Part shown: one piece after another, positions 1-13,800 of the stretch | Numbering within the stretch: position 1 is the stretch's first letter | Layout of the letters: each line of letters starts with the position of its first letter | NCBI GenBank assembly: GCA_964057225.1 | Contig: OZ059894.1 | Location: 5,642,001-5,706,000, forward strand | Direction: 5' to 3' | From: Auanema rhodensis | Taxonomy: Eukaryota; Animalia; Nematoda | DNA length: 64,000 nucleotides | Notes under the pieces: model-generated | Told to the model about the DNA's origin: nothing | Seen by the model: the letters and a program-made list of their open reading frames with translations, nothing else | Databases searched by the model: none | Made by a program: the position numbers and the translations under genes

Positions 1-522
1 AACTAATATGTGTTTGAAGTTTTTAATACTTTAAAAGTTAAAAAAATCATTTATACCTAGGGAAATTAAAAAATTTACAAAATCGCAAAAGAGTATGAAG
101 GTAACATAAAATATACATGAAATATGAAATGATCTATTGACGAATCCAAACATTTTCAAAAGGTAAACCAAATAATTCTCAGATACTTATCATATTTGAA
201 CTGTTGTAATATACAAAAAATGATATGAGATGAGAAAGATTGAACTAAGGTTTTAATATACAAAATATTATGCTCTTTAGTTTATTAAAAATGTACTGAA
301 TGGAAATAGGGAAACAATTTTTCTAAAAATATGGATATTCGACAAAATGCGTAAGTTTTGTTATTTGAGATGTAATGATAATTATATACATAATATGAAA
401 TACATCAACGATATGACTATTAGACATCTGAGGCATTAAGCAAAATTTATGTGGGTTCACCTTGTCCGCAATCAAATTCAAAAAAAGTTTATAAAAGCAT
501 CTGAAACTGCAGAATATGATTC

Positions 523-3070
523 TTACAGAGCAGTTATGCTAAGATCTCTTTTTCCTAGCTGTGCCGCTGGTTTCATTATCGTGTGCAAACGAAACCCTGG
601 TGTTCCTGCATCAAGTTCGGCTTGCCAACGTGTTCGAGAACGTGTCAGATCATTAGCGCTTACAGCGTCGTCACCCCATCCGCTATCACCATCGTCATCA
701 GCTAGTGTCATAGCATTTCCTGGATCAAAACAACCCGGACTCCAATCCAGATTCGGTAATTGACGTTGAGATAATGGTTGCCATACGGGGGATATTCGTT
801 CATTCTCTACAAAATTTTTGCCGTACAATAGCAGTGAAAAATGAAATCACTAGTCACCTGTCTCACCTAAATCTACAGTGGTTTTTTCATTTTCTGATAC
901 TATAGCTGTGACGGCTTGGTAAGCTCCTTGATAATCACGACGTTTTACAAAACAGCAACAATATTCTTGGCGTATTAATCTCAGCAAATGAGCTCCATGA
1001 TGCCTGAAAGAACGATTGGTAGAAACACTGCTGGAGATTTAATTCAATAATGATCTTACTGAAAACATTCTCTATAATCCTTATTAAAAATCATATATAT
1101 GACGCAGTTAACAGATGAATTAAAAATAACTAAGAAGTTACTGGCGTCTGAGAGCAAATTAACCACTAATGGATCTGGGATAGAAAATGTTTCAATCATA
1201 TTAACAACCAGAGCCTTAAAATAAATTTTGATTGCTTTCAATATTGTAAGAGCACAAACGAACCAAAGTATTGCAAGCCAGAAAGAGAATCACAACCATG
1301 ATCATCGTAATAGTATCGTCTCCTGCACCATCATCTGCTTTTGCTGGTAATGATGCATCATGAGCTGAATTGCTAAAAAGAAAAAAAGTCACATATATGT
1401 GACTATCACCATGTAGAAACCATAGTATTTTTTGAAAAAAAATGAAATCGAACCTATCTTTGCTTTTTTTTCTTTCTAAACTCTGTCGACACAGAATTAT
1501 GGCATTCAAACATAAAAGAAATAAAAATGGTAACAAGGTCATCAGTACCATGTACATATATATATTATAAATAACATTAATCGTGAAGAATAAAGAAGTT
1601 GGGCAAATTTCTATTATATGCTCCTAAATTCAAAATAGCAGCTTTTTAATAATTTATTCTATATTACCTGACTAGCTTCATGGAAGCATTTCCGCAAATT
1701 GAACTGGGGAAACCGAAGGGAGTTATACATGATTGACACAATAATAACTGTGAAGCAAATTTTTTTTGCTTGTTGAACAGTACAATAACTTTTTGACAAT
1801 GATTTCCAACAAACCTAAATAAATGAAATGAAAACTTTTCTTTTGAAATAAGAAAATATTTTTTGTTTTCATTAACGTTATTAATTTACATTGATATAAC
1901 AGTCAAATGCTGCAGCAACTGTGAAATAGATACTACACGATTGAGCCATATATCCAAATGGAAGTGTGTATACAGTTGTGTATGGAGCTCTTGCCAGCTC
2001 CGGAATATATGATCGTGCTGAATCTAAAACGTTATGTTGAATAACTCTATAGAATATGATATGCAGGGTTTGTTGTTCTACTTGTTCTTACTGATATACC
2101 ACTTTTTTGAAATGTAAAATGTGTAAATTCAAATACTTTTCAAATAAAAAAGTTCATGATGTCTGTTTAGAAAAGATAAACAAACCGATCCAGAAAATGA
2201 ATAAGCCGGTAACAATGACTAAAAAATCGCTACAGGCAAGAAATAGCAAATATGTATTAGCTGAACTTCGTAACCTGAATGTCTATATTAGGATAGTAAT
2301 TCATATAATTAAACAACCTTTTTCTTGTAAATAGAAAAACATTTATAATATTTGTGAAAACTCCAAAAACTGATAATGACGGTAAGGCTATGATAATGAG
2401 CAAATAATTATACCTGAAAATATCAATAAAAGTGAAACTGGAATGTATAGATTTATTCTAGCAAATAAAACCTTTCTGAAGTCAAGTACATTCATCTTCA
2501 ATTTTTATAACTTTTCTTAAACTTTCTAACAACAAAAAAGAGCAATTGTCTATCAAATTGTATTCTCAAATGTAATTTAAGTAGAAGAGGAATGGATAGC
2601 CATTTGTAGATTAGCCTCAAAGGACTATGTTGGAAGTTCATAGACCGAAGAAGTAAATGAAAATCATATAAGAATTCTACTAACTTCCATCAATCTTCTA
2701 TTCGATTTAAGTCTAATAGAATCTAATGAATTCCCATGCAGTATGCGTACATCTCATTTGCGATAACAATAAATTAATTTAGCTTTTAGGAGTTGTCTCC
2801 AAAGTTTCAGACTGTTTTATTATAACATTTTTTTGATTTGTCAATGAATATACCAATGAATCTAGTACTTTTGACAAGTTCATTTTCTAAACCTATTTTT
2901 TTAACTTCTAAAATTTAGAGAGCCTGCTATGAAATAATATTGAAACAGTAATAAAGAAATTACCAAGCATATAACGGCGAATAGTCTTCTGTCTGAAGAT
3001 CGGAGCACATACAAACTGCTCTATCAATTACATCTGTTATATTATCTGCTGATACGTTCACCTCTTGCAT
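523..3070 (-). CDS. Rhodopsin-family neuropeptide GPCR, FMRFamide-receptor-like (FRPR-4/6/18-type clade), ~10 exons
   Basis: In-phase GT-AG exon chain from ATG 3070 (after tttcag): MQEVNVSADNITD..CMCSD; TM1 IIIALPSLSVFGVFTNIINVFLF; TM2 NTYLLFLACSDFLVIVTG; TM3 AQSCSIYFTVAAAFDCY; TM5 YMVLMTLLPFLFLLCLN; TM6 TITMIMVVILFLACNTLALVVN; TM7 SNFLVIFNSSVNCVIY; C-tail ends ..DLSITAL* at 523. Exact paralog not determined. Confidence 0.9.
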
Positions 3071-6000
3071 TATACTGAAAAAAAATCTTGAAATCATTGT
3101 TATTTATGTTTTCACTATTATAAAAATATTTTCCCTTAATGCAAAGCCAACTTGCCTAAAGAGTTAAAGAATACGTGAAAAAGTGAAACTTTTTACATAC
3201 TTATATTGCAAACGTTTTGTTTGTTCTTTATGATCATTCCTATGAACTTAATAGAAGAAATTCCCTGAATTTTTACTTTCAACTTATTCGTTGCACTTTG
3301 CTTAATAGCTTTTGATAGTATTTGACATAAAAAATGATAAAAAGCAGCAACACCGTTCTGAACATCTCCAAAACTAAGCTATTAGTTTGTCTCAGGAGAA
3401 TAATTCATCAAACCTTATATATCTTATGCATATGTTCTTGGTCTGCTCTATATGTCCAGAGCTTTGCTAATAGATTCACCTTTTCTTTACTATAAAGCTT
3501 ATCAAACCACATAAATACATGATTTATACCAGTAGAGCAATAACTTAAAATGTATAATAACCTTTCAAAATAATACTTTTCTCATCCGCAATTTGCATGT
3601 TTGATAAAATTATGCTTTTATATATTTATGGATGTATATGTATATGTACATAGTTCAGATATATTTTCTCACTTATTCCTTTTTTCTTATTTTATTCACT
3701 TGCATTATAGCACAGAGTTGTCAAAAACATCTATTTGAATTGAATAAAAATATTTTGAAGTTTTTAATATGAATAACATGAGAAATGATTTCCTAACTTA
3801 CTCAGGAAATATTGGAATCATTCCAGAAAAGGTTATCTTCGTAGGCCCTACAGCATCTAACATCTTGTTGTTCAAACAGTCAAAAGAAAAGTTTGTGCTT
3901 AATTCAATAAAAACATACGGAACAAGGTGAAGAAAACTAAAATAAATCGGTGAAATGAATGCAAAAAATTGAAGACGGAGATATTTGATAGAAAAAATGA
4001 ATAACTAATCGAAATCTATATATGTAACTAAAAAGAAAAAATCCTTAAAATTAATATAATTAAGAATTATATGTACAATTCATTATTGTTCTATATATTA
4101 GATCCATAGAAAATGTTGCAGATAATTCAAATTTTAAATTGGAAATAGTAAATAGTAAAGGAAAGATAATTCCATAGATTAATACCCTCCAAGTTTTTAT
4201 ATCTTATATAAGAGTTCAGATAGATATTTTGAATTAAACAAAATTTTTAATTAGTTGTACAAGCTAATATATTTACGAACATTTTTTGTACAACGTTTTA
4301 AGTAGTTACTTAGCTACTTGAATGTATTGAGATCGTATTCCTTCATTAGTCTACTAATCACTATCGTCTTTTATACGGACACAACAAAGAAAAATATAAT
4401 AAGTCATAATAATTCTCACTAGTTAAAAACGACACTTTGGAACGGATATTAAATGAAAACTTAAGAATGAAAGATTTGAAGGTCCCATTATGGATCGCAT
4501 TATCTAGTTGTTCCATCTTGCTAAGCAGCCGGGACATGATGATTCTCCCATAATGTGAACAAGGAAGAATGCAAAAAAGCTACATATAGAGCACATGATA
4601 GCTAAAAAAGAAGCAAGAAGGAAGGAACAAGACGTGTTAAATCGAAATCTAAAGACATCCTCTAAGGATTCAGTATCTTTAGACAGCTCCTACTTCTTTT
4701 ACAAAGTAGGATGACAAAAAAATGAATGTAAAAAAAAATAGAAAAATATTCAAAAAACAAATTGTTGCATTTGCATGACGTTGTTGAAAATAGATAATAG
4801 AACAGTAATAAAAAATATAAGGAAAAGAGCATGACAGACCTGAGATAAAACATAAAAATAAAAAAAAATATATAAAACTTAGTCTGTAATATAATTTTAT
4901 AATAATAACTAGGAGAAATAACAACATATATATCTTAAAACCCTAAACTTTCAAAAATTAATTTTGATTAATAAAAAATATAGGCTGTGTGAAAAGGGCT
5001 AATGAGAATGGTTATGATTCTCCAACGAGGAGGAGCAGCACTGCTTAGACTACATAAATATTATATAACAACAGAGGATATGTGTTATTTGGTCATTAAC
5101 TTTTGTAATGAAAGAAGAGAAAAAATTTTTGAAGACACATGTATTGCAGATAGAGCTTCTATGACTAAGTGGAGGTTGGCTCGTTCTCCTGCGTCTACGA
5201 ATGAGCTTTCAAGCCTATTGAAGAAGAAACAATTTTCAATTTACTTTTCCTTGCTAAATTGGTTGGATTGAAACTATTCATATCATGTAATTGAAAGTAT
5301 TTGAATTGAAAAGAAGAAATCCAAACAACATTCCCTAGTCTGAGAAGAAATAAACGAAATGTAAGAGAATGAGAGAAAAATACGATCAAGTTGATGAAGC
5401 AAGGATACAGTAAAGCTATAACCGTAATTGAAAATTAATCTTGCTGGACGAATGTAGAAAAACCTTATTTTATCGACAAGTTGAAAAAGTTTCAGAGGAC
5501 AGACACAGGGGGGAAGAGCAGCTGAACATTGGTTTTATACTTACTTTTCTTCCAAATAAGAGACAATACATGTCTTTATACTTGTAAGAAAAATTCTTTT
5601 TTTTAATGAAAAATTGAAAGAAGATCAGGAAGTATGGACATAATGCGAGAGAAAAAATTAAAAACATCATACTTATTCGTCTCAAAAAGAAAAAAATAAT
5701 AAAAAATTCAATACCAGATACGCATCTGATTAACGACACTTGTGACGGATATGGAAGAGATAAGCAGTAGAATGAAGGGGGCATAAAACTTAAAACTCAC
5801 TAACAACTATAAGCAATTTCGAAGAAAATTGGAAAAAAGGTTTTTATTTGAAATTGCTAGTAAAGTGTCACATATTCATGAGCTACATTATCTATAGCAG
5901 TATTGTAAAATGTGTTAAGTATTTGAAAATGTTCATATTTTTTATTAGCTTATATGATGAAGATGCAACTTTGTGAAGATGCAAATTTGTGCAGGTTCAT

Positions 6001-9000
6001 GAAATAACCGAAATATTACTCAAAAATATTGTCAGATTGAACAAAAAAGGAAATTTCAAAAAAAAAATTTTAACCTTCATAAACACATTTATTAAAAATT
6101 TACAATAAAATGATTATTCTTGTTCTTTTTTTGATTGTTTTCAATTTTTGCTTGATTAATTTAAAATATTATAATTGATTAACTAAAATATTCTTATCTG
6201 CTTATGTTGGAAAATGTTGTATATCTACTCCCATCCTTCATTTCTGTTTACTTTCAAACTTTTGAGATGAATAAATACAGGAAATATAAAGCAAAACAAT
6301 TATCATGAGGTAAACTGATTGTTGTAGAATCTGAAGAGAATACGTTAGAACAGTGCATAGTGCAGAATTAATTGGAAAAAACGTCAACAAAGCTGAATAT
6401 GTCACACTTGGTTATTGAACATTTTTTTGTGTATGAAATTTCACAAAAGTTTACGAACTAACATTTGAAAATCTGCCTTTCTCATTCTTTTAGAAGATTA
6501 TTTATGCAAATTGTATTTAAATCTGATTTATGTATATAAAATATAAGGTAACATAAATATATGTTATTAGAAAATATTTTATCTACTTTCATAAAACATT
6601 TAACATGTAAGAAATTAGAGGTGAAAATTAATTATAACAAGATGAGATTAATTTCTTTGGAACTTTAGAAAGTTTTTCAGCATTTTCATCTGATGAGGTA
6701 TGAATTTAAGAATGTACCTTCATTCATGATGGAGATATAGAAAGAATTCTCATGAGACGGGAGACTACAAGTGATGTTATCATGGAATATTCACATTTTT
6801 AAAAAACCGAGGCTTCTTCAAGGAGTAAATTAAGAAAAATCGTCAAAAAAAATATCGTCAGATATGCTCGTTAGGATTCATATACCCTTGAACTTAAAGC
6901 AATAATTCAGAACGTTCTTCTTCTTTTCTGGTCATTTTTCTTTCTAGCATTTACTATCTCATTCCGTCTCGTTACTCTTCGAACTAGTTGGTTCACTCAT
7001 AAATTATGCTAAATTTCCATTTTTTTTGAAGAATGAGAGTAAAATTAAGTGGATAAATTAAATATATACTTTTCACTTACGATGTCCCACCCCTCATCTC
7101 TTGAATAACTTTATTATCCGTATCATTCTGTGTGCCATACCATGATCTGTGGATGTATCCAAAATATATTGTTGAAAAACAATTTTTTTGAAGTCAACAT
7201 ATGTTGTTCTGATGGCTCGCTACTTTGAAATGTTTTAGTCCGCAACAATCAGCAGCATCGATTTTAAAAATATATAACTGGTGGGTACAAATTGGGACAT
7301 AAAAGTTTGAAAAAAATAGTTCACTTCATTCTAAGAACATTAATTTTTTTTAAGCCTATGCACTTCATGTATCCCTTTTTTTAAAGTTTGTTTAAAATTT
7401 TGAGTTAATGGTTTAAAAAAAAAATGTTTTACTACTCCGATTTTCAATGTTAAATTTGAAAAAATATTAGATTTTTATTACTTTCAAAACATTTAGAGTA
7501 AGTAAAATCCCTGAATAAATATGATACATTTACATATTCTCTGTATACATAAATTCCTGAAAGTTTTCATAGACCTAAATCAGTTCAGAAATAACTTCAT
7601 GCTTAGAGAAAAAAGTTAATAAACATGCGTGAATATTGAATAATTAATGAAATATATGTTTTGAAAATGTACATGTTTCTAAAGATACTTGATTGAAGAA
7701 AATAATAATTTCGTCTATTTAGTACATTACTTGAGAATTGTAGAAAAGATTCATATGAAGCAATTTGTACTCATTCATTCATATTTGTTGATATGACAGC
7801 TTCTTCGAAGTTCTATTATTATAATATTATGCCCTCCCTCTCTGTAAGATCTTTATTTCACATACATATGTTTCTCTTCCATAATCTCATGTGATTCTCT
7901 AGAGATTTTAGCTCAAGTACAAAAAGGTCTCTCTGCTCATCCTGTTGAGCAATATTGTTTCAGCTGTTTCAAATGGAAGAAACAAGAACTACTAGATGAT
8001 TTTTTCATTCGAATACTATGACATAATTAAAAAAAGCCAATTGAATACACATACCTGTATTTCTATTTGACCAAATAAAACACAGAATCCAGAAGCTTAG
8101 ATTTAAAGAAAGAAGCCCAATCTGTGAAATGAAAATATAAAAAAAAGAAACTGAATTATACGAAGTAATATTAATCAAGAACGTTTCAAAACAACATTTA
8201 TGCTATCAGAGAATAATAGGAAGCAAATTAATTGACTTTTTTATCTTATGATTCTTCGGTATGAAGAAAAAAATAGAAAGGGAAAAAAGTAACCATTGAG
8301 TTAGCCGTACTATTTTCAGAAACAAAAGTAGAAATATGAGATTAATTGTTTTGCATTAATTAAAAGCAAAGCAGTACAATAAAACAAAAAAAAATAATAA
8401 TTTCAAAAATATATTTAAACTGTATGAAAAAATATTATATGAATCAAACAAGAAAGCACAATCGAACATCATAAAATATCTTTAAAAAAATACAGAAAAT
8501 GTAAATTCAACCCAAGAAGGCCAACGTCATATTAAGCGCATTGAGTGAAAATGACAGAAATTGGAAAAACGAAACTGTCATATTCATTTAAAAAGAACTA
8601 CATTCGTGCAAATGCCGTCTTTAAATCTTTGTTTCTCGATGAAGCTTCTTCATTTTCATTCGATTCGCACCCTCTTTCTATGTTTCCCTTTTTTCTCTAC
8701 TCTTTAACAAGTTATCCTTTTCGTACTGCTTCCTTTTAGATTATTTCTAAACGAAGTGACGAAATACTAAATCTTAGCGTTTAAGTACAGAAAATTCGAA
8801 AAATTCTAAAAGTAAATTTGAACACAAATTATAAACAAAGGTGTGATAGAAAAGAAGATAATGTGTGAAAAAAGCCAAAAACTCTTCTACTTGCCTCAAA
8901 ACTTCATGAAATGTATACTGCGATGCAATTTGATGCTGAAAAGTTTGGGTAAGATGGAAAAATAGGTGTAGACATTGCTTTGAATATTTAACTATTTGTA

Positions 9001-10778
9001 TACAAAAAAATTGGAAAAAAATATAGAAAAAGATATACATAAACAACGCTGTTGCCAATTACTTCAGATACACCGAGCTATTCTTTCAAAATCAGAAATG
9101 AAACTATAAAAGATGAACTACTATTTAGAAAGTTTTTTATTGTATTTTTTGTAAATATTTTGCCCTAAGCATTGGAAAAAATGTTCTTTTTTTCTCTTCT
9201 CAATTTGCTACACGTATACGCTGAAAAACTTCCTCTTGAACATGCATTTCATGTATGTATGTTTTCAAAGTTAGGTTTTGAAGAGTATAGTCGCAGAAAA
9301 CATCTCAGGATTATTCGAAACTCTAGCAAACGATCAGTAAACTTATCAAATTCAACAAATTTGTAGAATATTTTCAAAAGTTTTAAAAAGTCTCAACATT
9401 ATTATGCAATGATCTAAATTAGAAAATGTAAGATAAAATATGATGTGAAATTGACTTTGTATATTGAATAAGATGAATTCAAGTGACCAACAACAAAATC
9501 TTTTTATTTTTAACATGATTGAAAAAGAAAAAGTTCATGAAAAGATTTCTCAAATGCTCAATCAAATAACAGAAACAGACATGCGTAAACTATTTTGAAA
9601 AATTGAAAGTGTTCTATAGAGTTTGATAAGTTCAAATATGAAGAACGAAAGACGCGAATAGTCATTAAAATCCGGAAAAAATAGTGATCATTCTGTATGT
9701 TCATAATAATATATGAAAGGTTTTCATAATGATTTTTGAGTAAAATGTTTTTGGTGCATACATGCATATACAAGCTTGTGAGATATAAAGGAAGGAGAGA
9801 ACTATTTCATAGACATCAAGTATAAATGATAAACTATACCATAATATATGTGAATATATATATATATATATATAGATATATGGATATATAGATAAATAGG
9901 TAGCAATATTAATTTATAGATATAGATATATAATATCAGTTTCTGTGCCGCGTTGGGTGAGTACTATGCGAACTAAATTGTCTACTTTCTGTTATTATCA
10001 TCAATCAACAGGTTGAAGGGGGATGTTGTTGATAAAGCTTCGTGAGTATCTTTTTTATCTTTTATAAATGTCCTTTAGTCGTCACGAATGTATATATAAG
10101 AACCGACTATAAGAAGAATGGAACATGATTAACAACTTTTCATGGGCCAATCATTTAATTTCCTTTTTCTATTATCCTTCACTTTTTCTTCTTTCCTATG
10201 TTTTCGCTACCCTTTCGGATATTAATTCGTATAAACGGATGATGTCTGCGGAATTCTGGAGTTAGAAAACTGACAGAAAAGCAACACCGCGGAAAAAATT
10301 CTTCTAAAAATTTCGCTTCTTCGATCATTAAACCATAATATCAATATGATTACCAGTAAGGAATTTAGCAAATAAATCTAAAAAACAAAATCTTGTCATA
10401 AGACTGAAAATAGATGTTTCATTTTTTAATAATGCATATGCTTTTCTTATACAACAAAGGGATTGTTAGATTTGTGGGGAAGAAGAAACGAACGAAAGCA
10501 CCAACATGAGATAGAAAATAACATACGGTTCCTATAAATTTGGCGAATATGTCAGAGCAATCGTCACCTGTACTCTATTATTGTTTTCTTTCTGTTTTTA
10601 AAATTTACTGGCTTCATCTTCCATTCTTTTACCCCCACACAGAAAAACTATCCAGTTTCTAACGAATTCATTATGTTTCACACACGTCATATAGTATACC
10701 AGAATTGGAAAAAAATTGCAGATGAGGAAGTGGAAAATGGTTTGATACCTATCTGAATAATAGAGAGATATATGCAGT

Positions 10779-10781
<3 letters not shown>

Positions 10782-10811
<30 letters not shown>
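10782..10811. repeat. (AT)n microsatellite
   Basis: Directly visible ~30 bp alternating AT. Confidence 0.95.
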
Positions 10812-10815
<4 letters not shown>

Positions 10816-13800
10816 TTGATTACTTACTTATTTATTTATATTGACTGGAAGAATTTTAAAAATGAAATGAATACAACATTTTCTAAAAAAAATCTTTGTA
10901 ATATTACATGAAGAAACATGAAAAAACCTTCTGAATCCAAATTCCCCAATAAAGTTAGTAGATCATATCCCGTTTTTTTCTAAAGGCCTGGAAAATAAAC
11001 AGACTTTTTAAAATATTGAGAAATGTAGTAAAATCAACTTCACAATATGAATATATTTACTAGTTTTAAAAAGAAGATCGAATACTTAGCAATATAACTT
11101 TTGAAACTATGAAAGTCTCGCAAATGTAAAAAAAATAAAAACAAATACTTATTCATTAAGAATCGAAAATCTGTAATAAAGAACAATACAGCAAAGTGAA
11201 GCGTTGGATAATACGAATATTCAGCACAGTTTTCATTCTTCAAAGGACAAACTTCGTAGATAGATAGGCTACATAGTCTTGCTTTAAACATAGTGGAACA
11301 TCAGGCGAAATGAACATTTCTTCACGCAAATTGCCAAAACATTCATATAAAATTCAAAAAAAAGGAAGGCAAAAAGGAAGGCAAAATAATTTGATACGAA
11401 AAATCAGAATTATAACGATTTAGTCTGACATTGTAATGAAAAGCTAAGCATAAAACTTAATTCAATATATGTTTCTATGCACATAAATGCTATATCTTTT
11501 TATTTATTTTGCATTAAAGAAAAAATATATAAATGTTACATGTATGTATATATGTATAACCGTGTTTGCATGTGTATATGTGTGTATATGTACATGTATA
11601 TGTTGATGAGTTAAGATGCACTATCACTGTTCTTTCATTTCTTTCTTTCATTATTTTTTTTCTTCCTCTCGTCTCAAAAAATTGATGAACAACTGTTTGC
11701 AGACTCCTTTTTTGAGATATTTTATTTTCTCAAAACAGTGGTACATTGTATAATCTACTTCCACAGATAATCTTTCATTAATTTCAAATGATAGGTCTAC
11801 ATCATAAATACATTTATTTCAAAAACTTATTTTATATTTTTTATTATTATCTTATTATCTTATAATTTTTGAAATTACCAGAGAAAACATTGTTCTATTT
11901 CTAAAGAACAAGATTCTTTCGCTATTATTAACAGCATTTATTTTTCGAAACTTCTACCAAAGTTCTTCAAATTATAATGAGTTTGAACTACTGCTGATGT
12001 CAAATATTATCTACTTTTGAACATCAAATGAAAACTATCTAAAGGACAAAAACCAAAATACGTGCATTTTATTCTAAGAAAATGAAAGCAAAGTAATGAG
12101 GGATTCACTTTTTTTACATTTTATTGAGTATTTTTGAACTGCAACAGGTATCAATAAATGCCACATATATTTTAAAAAAATTTTCCTTGTTTAGCATTAC
12201 TAACTAGGATAATTCCCGAGTGAATAAGATACATACTATTCAGTTTTCTATGCCCATATTGACTTTTAGTTAAAAAAAAAAGACAAAAAATGACATTGAG
12301 GATTAAAAACAAGAAAATTATGTTTGTGATATAATTAAAAACCAGAAAAAAGAGAGTAGAGATTGTTCTGAATCCAATGAGCAGAGCTCAAAGTCTTGCT
12401 CTTTTATTTTTGGTTAACTAGAAATTTGCGGAGTAGTTTTCGAGATGATATTCGTAAAAATCCGTTGTTTTTCTTATTTTAATCTTTAAAAAAAAAACAA
12501 ATTCCGATGAATTCAATCAAACTAGAGAGTTTGAATATATTACTCTCTAAAATTTTTAAAAAATATCGATAGAAACGTCAAATCAGAAAAAAACAAATTG
12601 TCAATCATTTGCGTTATGTTTCTCATGAAGTAACTTGCGTACCGGTATACCGAGAGAACAGAACTTTTTAATTTCCTGTTAAATTAGCTGATGCTTTATG
12701 TACTTTCATCACATAGCTGACTATTATAAAAAATATATAAAACAATATCAAACTTTTAAAATATGAATTCGTGGGATAGAACTAAAAAAAAATTATTTTA
12801 AAAAATTAATTTGAAAAATTAAATGAACTAAAGAAACGAGCGCATATAAAATTTATAAATATTCTCAGTTTGTCATGCCTACTTACTCATTCTCATTCAT
12901 TAGTGTTATAATCTTTTCTTTAGAATTATTTGACTAATTCGTATATTCTTCCCTTTCCGAGGATTTCGTAAGTTTCATAAGAAATAATTGTTCAAATACT
13001 ATACACATATGAGTAATCGTTCAAATTATTTAATATGCATAGAACATTATCTCTTGAATCCAGAAATTTTCATAAACAAAATGAAAATAATTAAATTGAA
13101 CGTTTATTTGGATTTAATCTAGAAATACTGAAAGAATTGAACTGTTCGCATTAGTTTTATAAAGATTCTTCTTAGGCGAAAATAATTTTTGTTCAAATTT
13201 TAGTTCAATATGAACTTCTTTTTTAATATAAGAAAGTTAATTATTACTTCAATAAAATTCTCTGAATATAATTAAATAAAAATACAAACTTTATGAACCC
13301 AAAAGAACACAACTTGTAAAAAAAACATCGACATCTCTTATATAAAGGTATAAAATATAAAAAAATATTAAGTTGTGCAATTATAGATCTTTTAGCTTGT
13401 TTTTTTCATACACTAAATCAGGAATAAAAAGAAAAATAAGGAATGTTAAGTATTAAGGCAATAAATACAAATTATATGATTTAAAGTTGAATATATAGAA
13501 TGATAGAGAATGTTGTCACTTTTTAGGCCCAAATCTTCATCCTTTACTTGTGAACAGCAGTAAAAAAATGAATGAGAGCTTGAGCATTCGGAACTCGAAA
13601 CGAACAAAAACTGAATAAGAGAAATAAACAGAGATGGACGATGATGTTCCTTCTGCTTGGTTACAAGTAATGTACGTCGGGGAACATTAAAGACAAATGA
13701 TCGTCATGTCAGATGGGTCTAGCTGTCCTTTACCAGAGATGCCCGAGGGGATTCGAAGTTGGAACGCATGCCAAAAAAGAAAAACTAAATTCAAGATCAA

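Noticed and set aside
449-763. 104-aa + strand ORF
   Set aside because: Antisense shadow of the GPCR last exon.
5957-5990. 16-bp tandem duplication (also a 12-bp one near 11360)
   Set aside because: Ordinary slippage duplications; not an array.
13735-13765. TTCGAATCCC on the minus strand resembling a tRNA T-loop
   Set aside because: No T-stem pairing, A-box or cloverleaf.
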